Assembly: GCF_002250055.1 (NCBI RefSeq)
Contig: NZ_CP018866.1
Span: 3,870,869-3,902,868 of the forward strand
Direction of reading: 5' to 3'
Length of the DNA: 32,000 nucleotides
DNA from: Sutcliffiella cohnii
Lineage (GTDB): Bacteria > Bacillota > Bacilli > Bacillales > Bacillaceae_I
Shown: positions 1 through 7,737 of the stretch, piece after piece
Numbering within the stretch: position 1 is the first letter of the stretch
Layout: each line of letters opens with the position of its first letter
Translations under genes and position numbers: made by a program
Notes under the pieces: model-generated
Database searches by the model: none
Seen by the model: only the letters and a program-made list of their open reading frames with translations
What the model was told of the DNA's origin: nothing

Positions 1-290
1 GAGACTCCAGCGGGAGGTAGAGGGAAGGTCGAGACCCCACAGGCGAAGCCGAGGAGGCTCGAATCCACGAAAGGCGTAAGCGCATCGGTCTGGCCCGTAC
101 AAACTGGAGCAGTCCGGTAGGAGATAAAGGAAACGCTTTGGGAAACGTTAGTTGAGTCGATGTTGACTTATCGTACGGACGGACTGGGAAGTTTGATAGG
201 GCCAATGCGCTGGAGCTAGACATCTCCCCGCGGAAAGCGAGCACCTGTAGCGCAGTGGAACGAACAAACTTTAACCAACTTTCCTATTTT
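1..290. other. G+C-rich ORF-free segment, cut by the window start; candidate interspersed element or structured RNA
   Basis: Visibly richer in G+C than the flanking DNA. No ORF of 60 aa or more appears in the supplied track. It contains GC-rich words such as GAGACCCCACAGGCGAAGCCGAGGAGGCTCGA and CTCCCCGCGGAAAGCGAGCACCTGTAGCGCAGTGGAAC, plus a repeated TGGAGC. It lies downstream of the terminator of the 350..577 gene. I found no match to any RNA family I can recognise. Confidence 0.3.
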
Positions 291-315
291 TAAGGTGCCC
301 TCTAAAATATTCACG

Positions 316-349
316 AAAAAAAGAGCATGCAACCAAACGTTACATCCTC
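316..349 (-). terminator. Rho-independent terminator of the 350..577 gene
   Basis: Arms 323-333 (gagcatgcaac) and 339-349 (gttacatcctc) pair with one mismatch and one G-U. The loop is 5 nt. An A7 run at 316-322 gives U7 on the minus strand. The hairpin starts directly after the stop codon. Confidence 0.7.
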
Positions 350-577
350 TCACTTTAAATTTCTGATTACCCTTCTCCCATACAAAAACCCGACAAGTAA
401 GGACATCATATCAATCGCAATAATGTACCACTCATCTGTATAACCTTTATAATATGAAGCAATAAGGAGCGCTAAGGCTAAACCAGTGCCTACATATAGG
501 TTGTACGTTACCCTCGTAAACAAAACAACTAATAATGCTGGCAAAAAGAGCGCAACAATTATTTTAATAGCTAACAA
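350..577 (-). CDS. Small hydrophobic membrane protein (75 aa)
   Basis: The ORF has a TTG start with AAGAGG 8 nt upstream. The sequence is dominated by two or three hydrophobic helices. It is followed by a terminator. Confidence 0.55.
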   Translation of the reverse strand: MLAIKIIVALFLPALLVVLFTRVTYNLYVGTGLALALLIASYYKGYTDEWYIIAIDMMSLLVGFLYGRRVIRNLK

Positions 578-637
578 TTCGAAAACCTCTTTCTATTCAC
601 TCGTACGTATATTATAACAGGTTTCCGATTATTTTCC

Positions 638-1039
638 TTACGCAAATGATAGTTCTAGCGAAGTTTCTACCACTCTACTTAAATTTTTATTTTTATTAGC
701 TAGTTGTAAAGTATTAACGAATTGGAAAAGATCATCTTCTTCTTTCATGTTTTGAGTTTCATACATTACCATATACGTAAACTGTCCTTCTTTACTGTTC
801 GGAATCCATTTATCAATTTTCGCCTTTAACGTGTACGGTTTATTTTTCACTGTAAATTGAAACTGTAAAAGAGTATCTGTTCCTTCTGGGAAATTAATGT
901 TACTAATAATAATCATCCCTTGCATCGACAGCTTGTATAAAAAAATGGAGCACTTACCTGTTTCTATTTCCCGCCCATTCAATTGTAAAACTGTCATATG
1001 ACCAGTTACATATTTACTGAGTTCCTTCATGATATTCAC
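638..1039 (-). CDS. Hypothetical protein, PilZ-like beta-barrel with a degenerate N-terminal RxxxR motif
   Basis: 133-aa ORF with a GTG start at 1039 and an alternative ATG at 1030. LSMQG fits the PilZ D/NxSxxG position. It is followed by alternating beta-strand-like segments (LLQFQFTV, YTLKAKIDKW, FTYMVMYE) and then an acidic helix. No RxxxR pair is present. Confidence 0.55.
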   Translation of the reverse strand: MNIMKELSKYVTGHMTVLQLNGREIETGKCSIFLYKLSMQGMIIISNINFPEGTDTLLQFQFTVKNKPYTLKAKIDKWIPNSKEGQFTYMVMYETQNMKEEDDLFQFVNTLQLANKNKNLSRVVETSLELSFA

Positions 1040-1100
1040 TTCTTTCAGCGTTCTTTTCCTTTATATCGACAGAATGCGCACTTTTTCAATATAAAAATAG

Positions 1101-1131
1101 AAAAAGGCTCTAAAACTACAGAGCCTTTTTT
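1101..1131 (-). terminator. Rho-independent terminator after prfC (symmetric A/T flanks)
   Basis: GGCTCT at 1106-1111 pairs with AGAGCC at 1120-1125, with an 8-nt loop. A-run and T-run flanks extend the stem. The minus strand reads a hairpin followed by TTTTTCTATTTTT. Confidence 0.75.
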
Positions 1132-1135
1132 CACC

Positions 1136-2707
1136 TTATTCTTCATCTTGAGCCATAATATCAATAAGTTTGATTTTAGGGTTTTTATCTTGGAACCAGC
1201 GTAATGAGAAGTCGTTGTCGAATAGTGCAACATAATCGCCATTACGGTCTTTTACTAACATGTTACGGGAATCAAACAAGTTCGTATCGACTTTTTGATC
1301 TTCTAACCAACGAGGGATTTTCGATCCAATCATTTGGTATACAACTTCGACGTTGTATTCCCCTTTCATACGGTATTCAAATACATCTAACTGTAGCTGA
1401 CCAACCGCACCTAAGATGTAATCGTCTGTTCCGTATTGACGGTATAATTGGATGGCACCTTCTTGAACGAGCTGCGTAATACCTTTCCCAAATTGCTTCC
1501 CTTTCATGACGTTTTTCGCTGTTACTTTTACGAAAAGCTCTGGAGCAAACGTTGGGATTTCATCAAACTCGACTTGTTGGTTTCCACTATATAAAGAGTC
1601 ACCAATTTGATACACTCCTGGATCGTAAATACCGATAATATCACCTGGATAAGCGTGCTCTACTGTTTCACGGTCAGATGCTAAAAACTGTTGAGACTGC
1701 GTTAACTTAATCGCTTTATCAGTGCGACTAACTTTTACCGTCATTCCTCTTTCAAACACTCCGGAACAAACGCGTAGGAATGCTAGACGATCACGGTGAG
1801 CCGGATTCATGTTCGCTTGTATTTTGAAAATAAAGCCAGAAAACTGTTCAGATTGCGGCTTCACACTTTCCGCCACTGTTTGACGCGGTTGTGGCTCATT
1901 TGCAAGGTCGATAAACGTTCGGAAAAACATTTCTACACCGAAGTTCGCAATCGCACTTCCGAAAAAGACTGGTGTTTGAAGTCCATTCTTCACTTTTTCA
2001 ATGGAAAAATCGTTTCCTGCCTCTTCTAACAGTTCAAAGTCATCTTTCGCTTGAACAAACGTTGGATGTTCTGAAATTTCTTTCACATCATCTAGCTCAG
2101 AAAAAGGAATATGTTGCTCTTCTTCTTTTCCTTGCCAACGAATGAACACTTCATTGTAACGGTCATACACTCCTAAGAAGCGTTTCCCCATACCAACTGG
2201 CCAGTTCATCGCGTAAGACTCAATTCCTAACACTTCTTCAATTTCTTCTAACAGCTCTAACGGCTCTTTTCCTTCACGGTCTAACTTATTGATGAACGTA
2301 AAGATTGGAATACCACGCATACGACAAACTTTGAAAAGCTTAATCGTTTGTGGCTCCACACCTTTTGTACAGTCGATAATCATTACTGCACTATCTACTG
2401 CTGTTAACGTACGATACGTATCTTCACTGAAGTCTTCGTGTCCTGGAGTATCCAGAATATTAATATGACGGTCCATATATTCAAAACTCATAACACTGGA
2501 AGTTACCGAGATTCCACGTTTCTTCTCAATTTCCATCCAGTCAGACGTAGCAAATTTACCTGATTTTTTACCTTTTACGGTACCCGCTGAACGAATAACG
2601 TTACCAAAAACTAATAATTTTTCTGTTAACGTTGTTTTTCCAGCATCCGGGTGAGAGATAATCGCAAACGTCCTACGACGATCTATTTCATTAGTTAAGT
2701 TGTTCAC
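1136..2707 (-). CDS. prfC: Peptide chain release factor 3 (GTPase)
   Basis: 523 aa. The translational GTPase motifs [17 protein letters not shown] and NKLD are present. Length and overall sequence are typical of RF3. The start codon is GTG. Confidence 0.93.
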   Translation of the reverse strand: MNNLTNEIDRRRTFAIISHPDAGKTTLTEKLLVFGNVIRSAGTVKGKKSGKFATSDWMEIEKKRGISVTSSVMSFEYMDRHINILDTPGHEDFSEDTYRTLTAVDSAVMIIDCTKGVEPQTIKLFKVCRMRGIPIFTFINKLDREGKEPLELLEEIEEVLGIESYAMNWPVGMGKRFLGVYDRYNEVFIRWQGKEEEQHIPFSELDDVKEISEHPTFVQAKDDFELLEEAGNDFSIEKVKNGLQTPVFFGSAIANFGVEMFFRTFIDLANEPQPRQTVAESVKPQSEQFSGFIFKIQANMNPAHRDRLAFLRVCSGVFERGMTVKVSRTDKAIKLTQSQQFLASDRETVEHAYPGDIIGIYDPGVYQIGDSLYSGNQQVEFDEIPTFAPELFVKVTAKNVMKGKQFGKGITQLVQEGAIQLYRQYGTDDYILGAVGQLQLDVFEYRMKGEYNVEVVYQMIGSKIPRWLEDQKVDTNLFDSRNMLVKDRNGDYVALFDNDFSLRWFQDKNPKIKLIDIMAQDEE

Positions 2708-2800
2708 AAATTCAACCTGCCTCTTCTCATTTTTAGGAATAGAAATATTATAGCAGATATCATTTGTCCGAAGAAATAAAGTTTTTTCCTTTTTACGACT

Positions 2801-3151
2801 TGTGTATAATTAACAGCTATTTTGCGGACTTCTTTCCATATTATTCTGAATATTATCCACATTTCTTACCTAAATATGTTTAATGTACAAACTATTGTGT
2901 ATAACTAGCAAAAATATTGTGAATATAAAATATTTTTCTCAACTACTAATCCACAGACCCTCCATTTTCGCCCTTATTTACTAACAATTGTGCATTTCTT
3001 TTGTGTTTTTGTGTATAAACACTTCGGTAATAGTGAATTAAACCTTTACAGTTGCCGGTATTTATCCACATTTATAGTAATTGTGTATAACTATTTATTT
3101 AATATTGATCATACACAGTTTTATAAACAAGTTGATCGAAAATGTGTATAA
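2801..3151. promoter_or_regulatory. DnaA-box cluster in the prfC / small-ORF divergent intergenic region
   Basis: Perfect TGTGNATAA sites lie at 2801-2809, 2896-2904, 3010-3018, 3082-3090 and 3143-3151 (all TGTGTATAA). Perfect TTATCCACA sites lie at 2853-2861 and 3062-3070. One-mismatch sites lie at 2918-2926, 2947-2955, 3109-3117 and 3121-3129. The last box overlaps a TATAAT at 3147-3152, just upstream of the 3184 ATG. Confidence 0.65.
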
Positions 3152-3183
3152 TAGAAGAAACAGAGAGGAAAGGATGATACAGT

Positions 3184-3447
3184 ATGGCAAAAAGTAAAGC
3201 AAAGAAATATCGTGAAAAGCTAGAACGAGAAGGAAAGCGTAATCCTGAAAACGGTCGTGGAGTGTATGCACTAGCGAACTTAACGACGAAGAAAACAAAA
3301 ACAAAGCAAGAAAAACTTCAGCAATTATACAAAAAAGAACGACAATCCCGTTATCTAGATGATAGAGGTGAAAAGTCGTTCTTTTATTTTTGTATTTTTA
3401 AACAAACCATACGAGATATATTCCAAGAGCCGCAAATGATAAAATAA
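3184..3447 (+). CDS. Small basic hypothetical protein (87 aa)
   Basis: ATG start with GAGAGGAAAGGA 9 nt upstream and a TATAAT at 3147-3152. The N-terminal 60 aa are Lys/Arg/Glu-rich. The last ~50 nt overlap the 3' end of the convergent 3398..3592 gene, so the C-terminus is uncertain. Confidence 0.45.
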   Translation: MAKSKAKKYREKLEREGKRNPENGRGVYALANLTTKKTKTKQEKLQQLYKKERQSRYLDDRGEKSFFYFCIFKQTIRDIFQEPQMIK

Positions 3448-3592
3448 TAACAACTGTATAAATTAACGATAAATTAATGCTATTTCTTTTTGCAGCACCA
3501 CGATAGTTTTCATCACTCTTTCCACCTAACATCAATGTCGCAATTGCAGATCCCACTCCGATAAGCAATGCTACCACAATGGCAATTTCCAT
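3398..3592 (-). CDS. Small two-helix membrane protein (64 aa from the preferred start)
   Basis: The track ORF is 3398..3622. The ATG at 3592 is preceded by AAGGAGG and begins the first hydrophobic helix (MEIAIVVALLIGVG...). A second helix lies at the C-terminus. Confidence 0.55.
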   Translation of the reverse strand: MEIAIVVALLIGVGSAIATLMLGGKSDENYRGAAKRNSINLSLIYTVVIILSFAALGIYLVWFV

Positions 3593-3744
3593 TTTTCCGA
3601 AAACCTCCTTAACCATTTGCAATGAATACCTTTACATCTAGATTATCATAATTACCATAAATATGTTATCTACAATTACAACATAAATATGGCAGAAATA
3701 TCTTAAATGAAAGAAAAGATTACCTTTTCAAAAAAAGCAAACTT

Positions 3745-5415
3745 TTAATATTCCTTTTCTGTTAAAGGGTTAGTAGTCTCATAAATTAGCTGTTCCAACT
3801 CTTGTTTATACTCTTTGTACTGCTCATCTGTCCATCGGAACACTTTTTTCATAAATATTGTAACAGAATTCTTATGCTCAAGTACCCAACGAATATTAAA
3901 GAAGATTGCCCCAGTACGTCTAATGAAGAAGTCACTCGGTGTAAATGCCAGCTCATAATCGATACTATATTTTAAGCAAGCATAAACAACTGGATCAAGT
4001 CCTTCCTCTTTAGCCTTTTCTTTCTCTTTTTTGTATATGTTAAAAACTATATCTACATTAGATCCGTAGCGGTAAATTAGTTGTTCTGCAATTTCTTCGC
4101 TAAAACCAATATTCTTTACTTCCATCCGCTTTAGAGTAATAAATTTTTTAAATCCTTCCGAACCACCTACATCCCCACCGGAGATTGGTAAGGACTTCGT
4201 ACTAGCATTCGGAAATCTAATTCCTTCTTCTTTATGAATTTGCCTAGCAACTACATCTACTATTTGTTCGGCCATTTTCCGATACCCGGTTAATTTACCT
4301 CCTGCAATGGAAATAAAATTAGATTCCGAGATAAATATTTCATCCCGCCGAGAAATTTCAGATGGAGATTTTCCATCTTCATGAATTAACGGTCTAAGCC
4401 CAGCCCAGCTTGATTCAACATCATTAGCTGATATTTTTACGTCAGGAAACATAAAGTCAATCGCTGTTAAAACATAATCACGGTCTTCAACTGTAACTTT
4501 CGGATGAGCAATGTCCCCTTTATATACTGTGTCTGTCGTACCTACGTAAGTTTTTCCGTCTCTCGGAACAGCAAAGATCATCCGCCCATCCTTTGTATCA
4601 AAATAAATAGCCTGCTTGAGCGGAAACCTTTTTCCATCAAACACTAAATGAATTCCTTTCGTTAATTGCAACGTTTTCCCTTTTTTTGACTTATCCATTT
4701 CTCTTAACGTATCGACCCATGGACCTGCCGCGTTCACCGTTTTTTTCGCACGTATTTCTACTATAGACCCATCTATTAAGTCTTCCGCTTTCACACCAAC
4801 TACTTTATTATTTTCGTAAACTAATGCAACAACCTGCATATAATTAAGAGCTTGTGCTCCCATTTCAACAGCCTTTTTCATCACTTCAAGCGTTAAACGG
4901 GCATCATCGGTTTTATATTCCACATACAAACCCGACCCCTTCAAACCAGTCCGTTTTAATAGGGGTTCTCGTGCTATTGCAACTTCAGGCTTTAACATTT
5001 TTCTTCGTTCACTTTTTTTAACACCAGCTAAAAAATCATACACTTTCAATCCGATACTCGTCGTGAGAGGGCCAAACGTTCCTCCTTTGTAGAACGGTAA
5101 CATCATCCATTCCGGTGTTGTGACATGTGGGCCATTTTCATACACAATCGCACGCTCTTTCCCAACTTCTGCAACAACTCCGATTTCGAATTGTTTTAAA
5201 TACCGTAATCCACCATGGACAAGTTTTGTTGATCGGCTCGATGTGCCCGCAGCGAAGTCTTGCATTTCCACAACGGCAACCTTCATTCCCCTCGTAGCTG
5301 CATCTAAAGCAATGCCAGCACCAGTAATTCCACCACCAATAACTAGTAGATCTAACGGTTCACTTTGCATTTTTTTCTTTATTTCTACTCTATTTACATT
5401 AGAAAATTGCATCAT
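3745..5415 (-). CDS. glpD: Aerobic glycerol-3-phosphate dehydrogenase (FAD)
   Basis: FAD-binding DLLVIGGGITGAG motif. The STKLVHGGLRYL and GGKLTGYRKMAE blocks are close to B. subtilis GlpD along the full length. The preferred start is MMQFS at 5415, with AAAGGA 6 nt upstream. The track ORF starts at 5430. Confidence 0.95.
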   Translation of the reverse strand: MMQFSNVNRVEIKKKMQSEPLDLLVIGGGITGAGIALDAATRGMKVAVVEMQDFAAGTSSRSTKLVHGGLRYLKQFEIGVVAEVGKERAIVYENGPHVTTPEWMMLPFYKGGTFGPLTTSIGLKVYDFLAGVKKSERRKMLKPEVAIAREPLLKRTGLKGSGLYVEYKTDDARLTLEVMKKAVEMGAQALNYMQVVALVYENNKVVGVKAEDLIDGSIVEIRAKKTVNAAGPWVDTLREMDKSKKGKTLQLTKGIHLVFDGKRFPLKQAIYFDTKDGRMIFAVPRDGKTYVGTTDTVYKGDIAHPKVTVEDRDYVLTAIDFMFPDVKISANDVESSWAGLRPLIHEDGKSPSEISRRDEIFISESNFISIAGGKLTGYRKMAEQIVDVVARQIHKEEGIRFPNASTKSLPISGGDVGGSEGFKKFITLKRMEVKNIGFSEEIAEQLIYRYGSNVDIVFNIYKKEKEKAKEEGLDPVVYACLKYSIDYELAFTPSDFFIRRTGAIFFNIRWVLEHKNSVTIFMKKVFRWTDEQYKEYKQELEQLIYETTNPLTEKEY

Positions 5416-5503
5416 AATCGTTCCTTTCATAATAGCAATATATTATTCAAGACAACTGTTTAGCACTCACTTTAAAAATCTAGCAATGAGAGGCGAAAAA
5501 TAA

Positions 5504-5565
5504 CAAAAAAGAGACCACAAATCAACTCTATTTTCGTTTCCGAAAAGTAGAGTGATGTGGTCTCT
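5504..5565 (-). terminator. glpD leader hairpin plus U-tract, the probable GlpP-controlled terminator
   Basis: A long imperfect hairpin pairs 5510-5530 with 5548-5565 (outer stem AGAGACCACA / TGTGGTCTCT, inner stem TTTTCG/CGAAAA). On the minus strand it is followed by a U6 run (5504-5509). It lies between glpP and glpD, about 90 nt upstream of the glpD start. Confidence 0.7.
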
Positions 5566-5642
5566 CGAGTTCTCCGCCCAAATTATTAACTTAGTTTCAT
5601 TATAACAATATTCTAAAAAAATATAAAGCAATGAATCATCTA

Positions 5643-6176
5643 TTACCAAAGATTCCTATTGGAGGTCGTAACAGCAATGGCACCACTTTTTAAAGAATGC
5701 TGCACATCCTCTTCTGTACGGATTAATCCACCCGCTATTAGGGGAATGCCTGTTTTTTCGATAATTTCTTTATTAACACTCGGTATAATTCCGGGAAGTA
5801 CTTCTATGTAGTCCGGCTGAACTTTTTTGCATAGCTTTAAATTATGATCAAGTGCATGACTATCTAAGGCGAATAACCGTTGGATTCCAATTACTTGGTG
5901 CTTTTTTGCAAAAGTTATAACGTTCGCTCTCGTTGATATAATCCCATCTATTTTCACGTTATTAATTAAATACTCTAGTCCATATTCATCCACTTTTAAT
6001 CCTTGAATGAGATCAGCATGCATCAATACTTTTTTGTTATGCTGTTTCGCATGCTTCACGATACTGTCTACTTGGGAAAGTCGTGTTTCTAAAAATATAA
6101 TATGCTCATGGTCTTTTTTTAGCACATATTCAAAGTCCTTTATATTACGGATAGCAGGGATAACAGTAGGAAACAA
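5643..6176 (-). CDS. glpP: Glycerol uptake operon antiterminator GlpP
   Basis: 177 aa. The blocks ISTRANV, IQRLF.LDS and EVLPGIIP...TGIP.IAGG.IRTEED are characteristic of B. subtilis GlpP. Confidence 0.9.
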   Translation of the reverse strand: MFPTVIPAIRNIKDFEYVLKKDHEHIIFLETRLSQVDSIVKHAKQHNKKVLMHADLIQGLKVDEYGLEYLINNVKIDGIISTRANVITFAKKHQVIGIQRLFALDSHALDHNLKLCKKVQPDYIEVLPGIIPSVNKEIIEKTGIPLIAGGLIRTEEDVQHSLKSGAIAVTTSNRNLW

Positions 6177-6282
6177 TTGACCACCTCTACATGGTAATTT
6201 TCTTCTATCTTATCATGAGAAGTGCAAATAGTATTACTTAAACGTTCTTTTTTACATGCACATAACAAAACTTTAATACAAG

Positions 6283-6317
6283 AAAAAACTACTTAGACTA
6301 ATGCTAAGTAGTTTTTT
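6283..6317 (-). terminator. Rho-independent terminator after the minJ-like gene (bidirectional shape)
   Basis: CTACTTAG at 6289-6296 pairs with CTAAGTAG at 6304-6311, with a 7-nt loop. It is flanked by an A-run on one side and a T-run on the other. Confidence 0.75.
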
Positions 6318-6323
6318 CTATTG

Positions 6324-7514
6324 TTACACCGCTTCTTTTTTCCATCTCTTCCCCTCTTGAACGAGTAAGAAACCTAATTCGTGGTGTTCTCCTTCGTATA
6401 GGGCACGTTGCTCGAAACGGAGTTCGTTATTTTCGTCAAGTACTTGTAGTTTACAAAAAGCTCGATTCGATTGTAATGCTTCATAATATTGTTGTACAGA
6501 TGACACTGTCATGCCGTTTACTTTTAAAATAATTTCACCAATTTCTACATTCATTTTCTCCGCTACACTATTTGGTATAATACCAAGCACAATTAACCCT
6601 TTGTCGCGATGAACGAAAATAGGTGGGGCTTCTTCTTCTCTTTTCCTACCCATATAAGTAATCAATTCTTTTCCTACAATTGCTAAAATAACTGCAGCTA
6701 ATGTTAACCATTCTACCCATATAGTACCAACTGCTAGTAGAAATAATACAATCCCTAATGCAAAGATTTGTCTACCTGTAAGAGCAAAGGCTTGTTTCGG
6801 TACAGCAGTATACGATCGTTGCGAGAAACCTAATGCAAACGGAACAATCCAAAGAGAGAAAGTTTGTTCTCCGTAAGAAAATACTGGCCACCATTCGACT
6901 GTTGATTGAAGGCCTGTCCCAGGTAAAAATAAAAATAACGGAATGAGCCATACTCGACTAGTTTCATGCGCTCCGACTGGTAAACCACGCTTACTTTTCT
7001 CTAGTTGCGGCGTCGTCAAACGGGACCCTTGCTTCCAAATTAACAACCCTTCTACGATCACAAACGTAGCTAAAAGGAACGTTATGCTCGGAATATGAGT
7101 CGTCGCCATTGATTGAATTTGATCATCAATTAATGATACGCCTGTAGTAAATTGAGGCAACACTAGAATAGCTAGTATTGTTACTCCAAATATAAAGCTT
7201 GCCGATAGCCATTTTGGCCTTAATGTGAGAGCTAAAAGGACAGTAATAATACTAATAAAAAATATTGTACTGAACGGTATGATTACTCCTAGACCTATTG
7301 TGAAAATAGAGAGAGCTAATCCCATCAGCATAGGTTGAATGGCAAATCGAAGCTCATGAAAAATATCATATACTCTTATATGGAAGTCATATCGTTCTCT
7401 TTTTATCCGCATATAACCAAGGAGTAATGCTACAGCAACAATAACGTAAGGTACAGGATGGATAAAAAAACGACCAATTGCTTTTAATAATTCAATTCCC
7501 CAAGCCTCAAACAC
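6324..7514 (-). CDS. minJ: Polytopic membrane protein with C-terminal PDZ domain, MinJ-like
   Basis: 396 aa with multiple N-terminal transmembrane helices. The C-terminal PDZ-like segment reads GLIVLGIIPNSVAEKMNVEIGEIILKVNG. The N-terminus (WGIELLK...GYMRIKRER.DFH) and the position next to ctpB match B. subtilis MinJ (YvjD) as I recall it. Confidence 0.75.
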   Translation of the reverse strand: MFEAWGIELLKAIGRFFIHPVPYVIVAVALLLGYMRIKRERYDFHIRVYDIFHELRFAIQPMLMGLALSIFTIGLGVIIPFSTIFFISIITVLLALTLRPKWLSASFIFGVTILAILVLPQFTTGVSLIDDQIQSMATTHIPSITFLLATFVIVEGLLIWKQGSRLTTPQLEKSKRGLPVGAHETSRVWLIPLFLFLPGTGLQSTVEWWPVFSYGEQTFSLWIVPFALGFSQRSYTAVPKQAFALTGRQIFALGIVLFLLAVGTIWVEWLTLAAVILAIVGKELITYMGRKREEEAPPIFVHRDKGLIVLGIIPNSVAEKMNVEIGEIILKVNGMTVSSVQQYYEALQSNRAFCKLQVLDENNELRFEQRALYEGEHHELGFLLVQEGKRWKKEAV

Positions 7515-7680
7515 ATTTACACCGCCTATTCAGCTCATTTTACTCTTTATTTTATCATAGAAAAGGCGATAAGAAGTATAGAAAATTTCCACAACTAACA
7601 AAGGTACGACACTTTTCACCTGTTTTTTTTCATATAAGTTAGAAAATGGTAGTTAGAATGTGAAAATTTTAACATAAGCC

Positions 7681-7733
7681 AAAAAGAGGTGCCCGATTAT
7701 AAGTGAAATGAACACTTATATCGGACAACCTCT
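7681..7733 (-). terminator. Rho-independent terminator after ctpB
   Basis: A long imperfect hairpin pairs 7685-7705 with 7713-7733. On the minus strand it is followed by TTTTT (7681-7685 region). It starts 4 nt after the stop codon. Confidence 0.7.
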
Positions 7734-7737
7734 TTTA

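Noticed and set aside
1-290. tRNA, rRNA fragment, tmRNA, RNase P RNA or group II intron end
   Set aside because: I found no cloverleaf, no match to the conserved cores of these RNAs as I remember them, and no intron domain V-like hairpin. The segment is left as unassigned.
2708-3183. DnaA-box cluster as the chromosomal replication origin
   Set aside because: No dnaA, dnaN, rpmH or other origin-linked genes are nearby. The surrounding synteny is that of the secA/flagellar region, which is far from oriC in B. subtilis.
3095-3304. Minus-strand 69-aa ORF
   Set aside because: It overlaps the DnaA-box/promoter region and the better-supported plus-strand ORF. It has no ribosome-binding site, and its sequence is a low-complexity AT-rich translation.
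5467-5649. Minus-strand 60-aa ORF between glpP and glpD
   Set aside because: It spans the glpD leader hairpin and promoter region and overlaps the glpP stop. The glpD leader RNA explains the region better.
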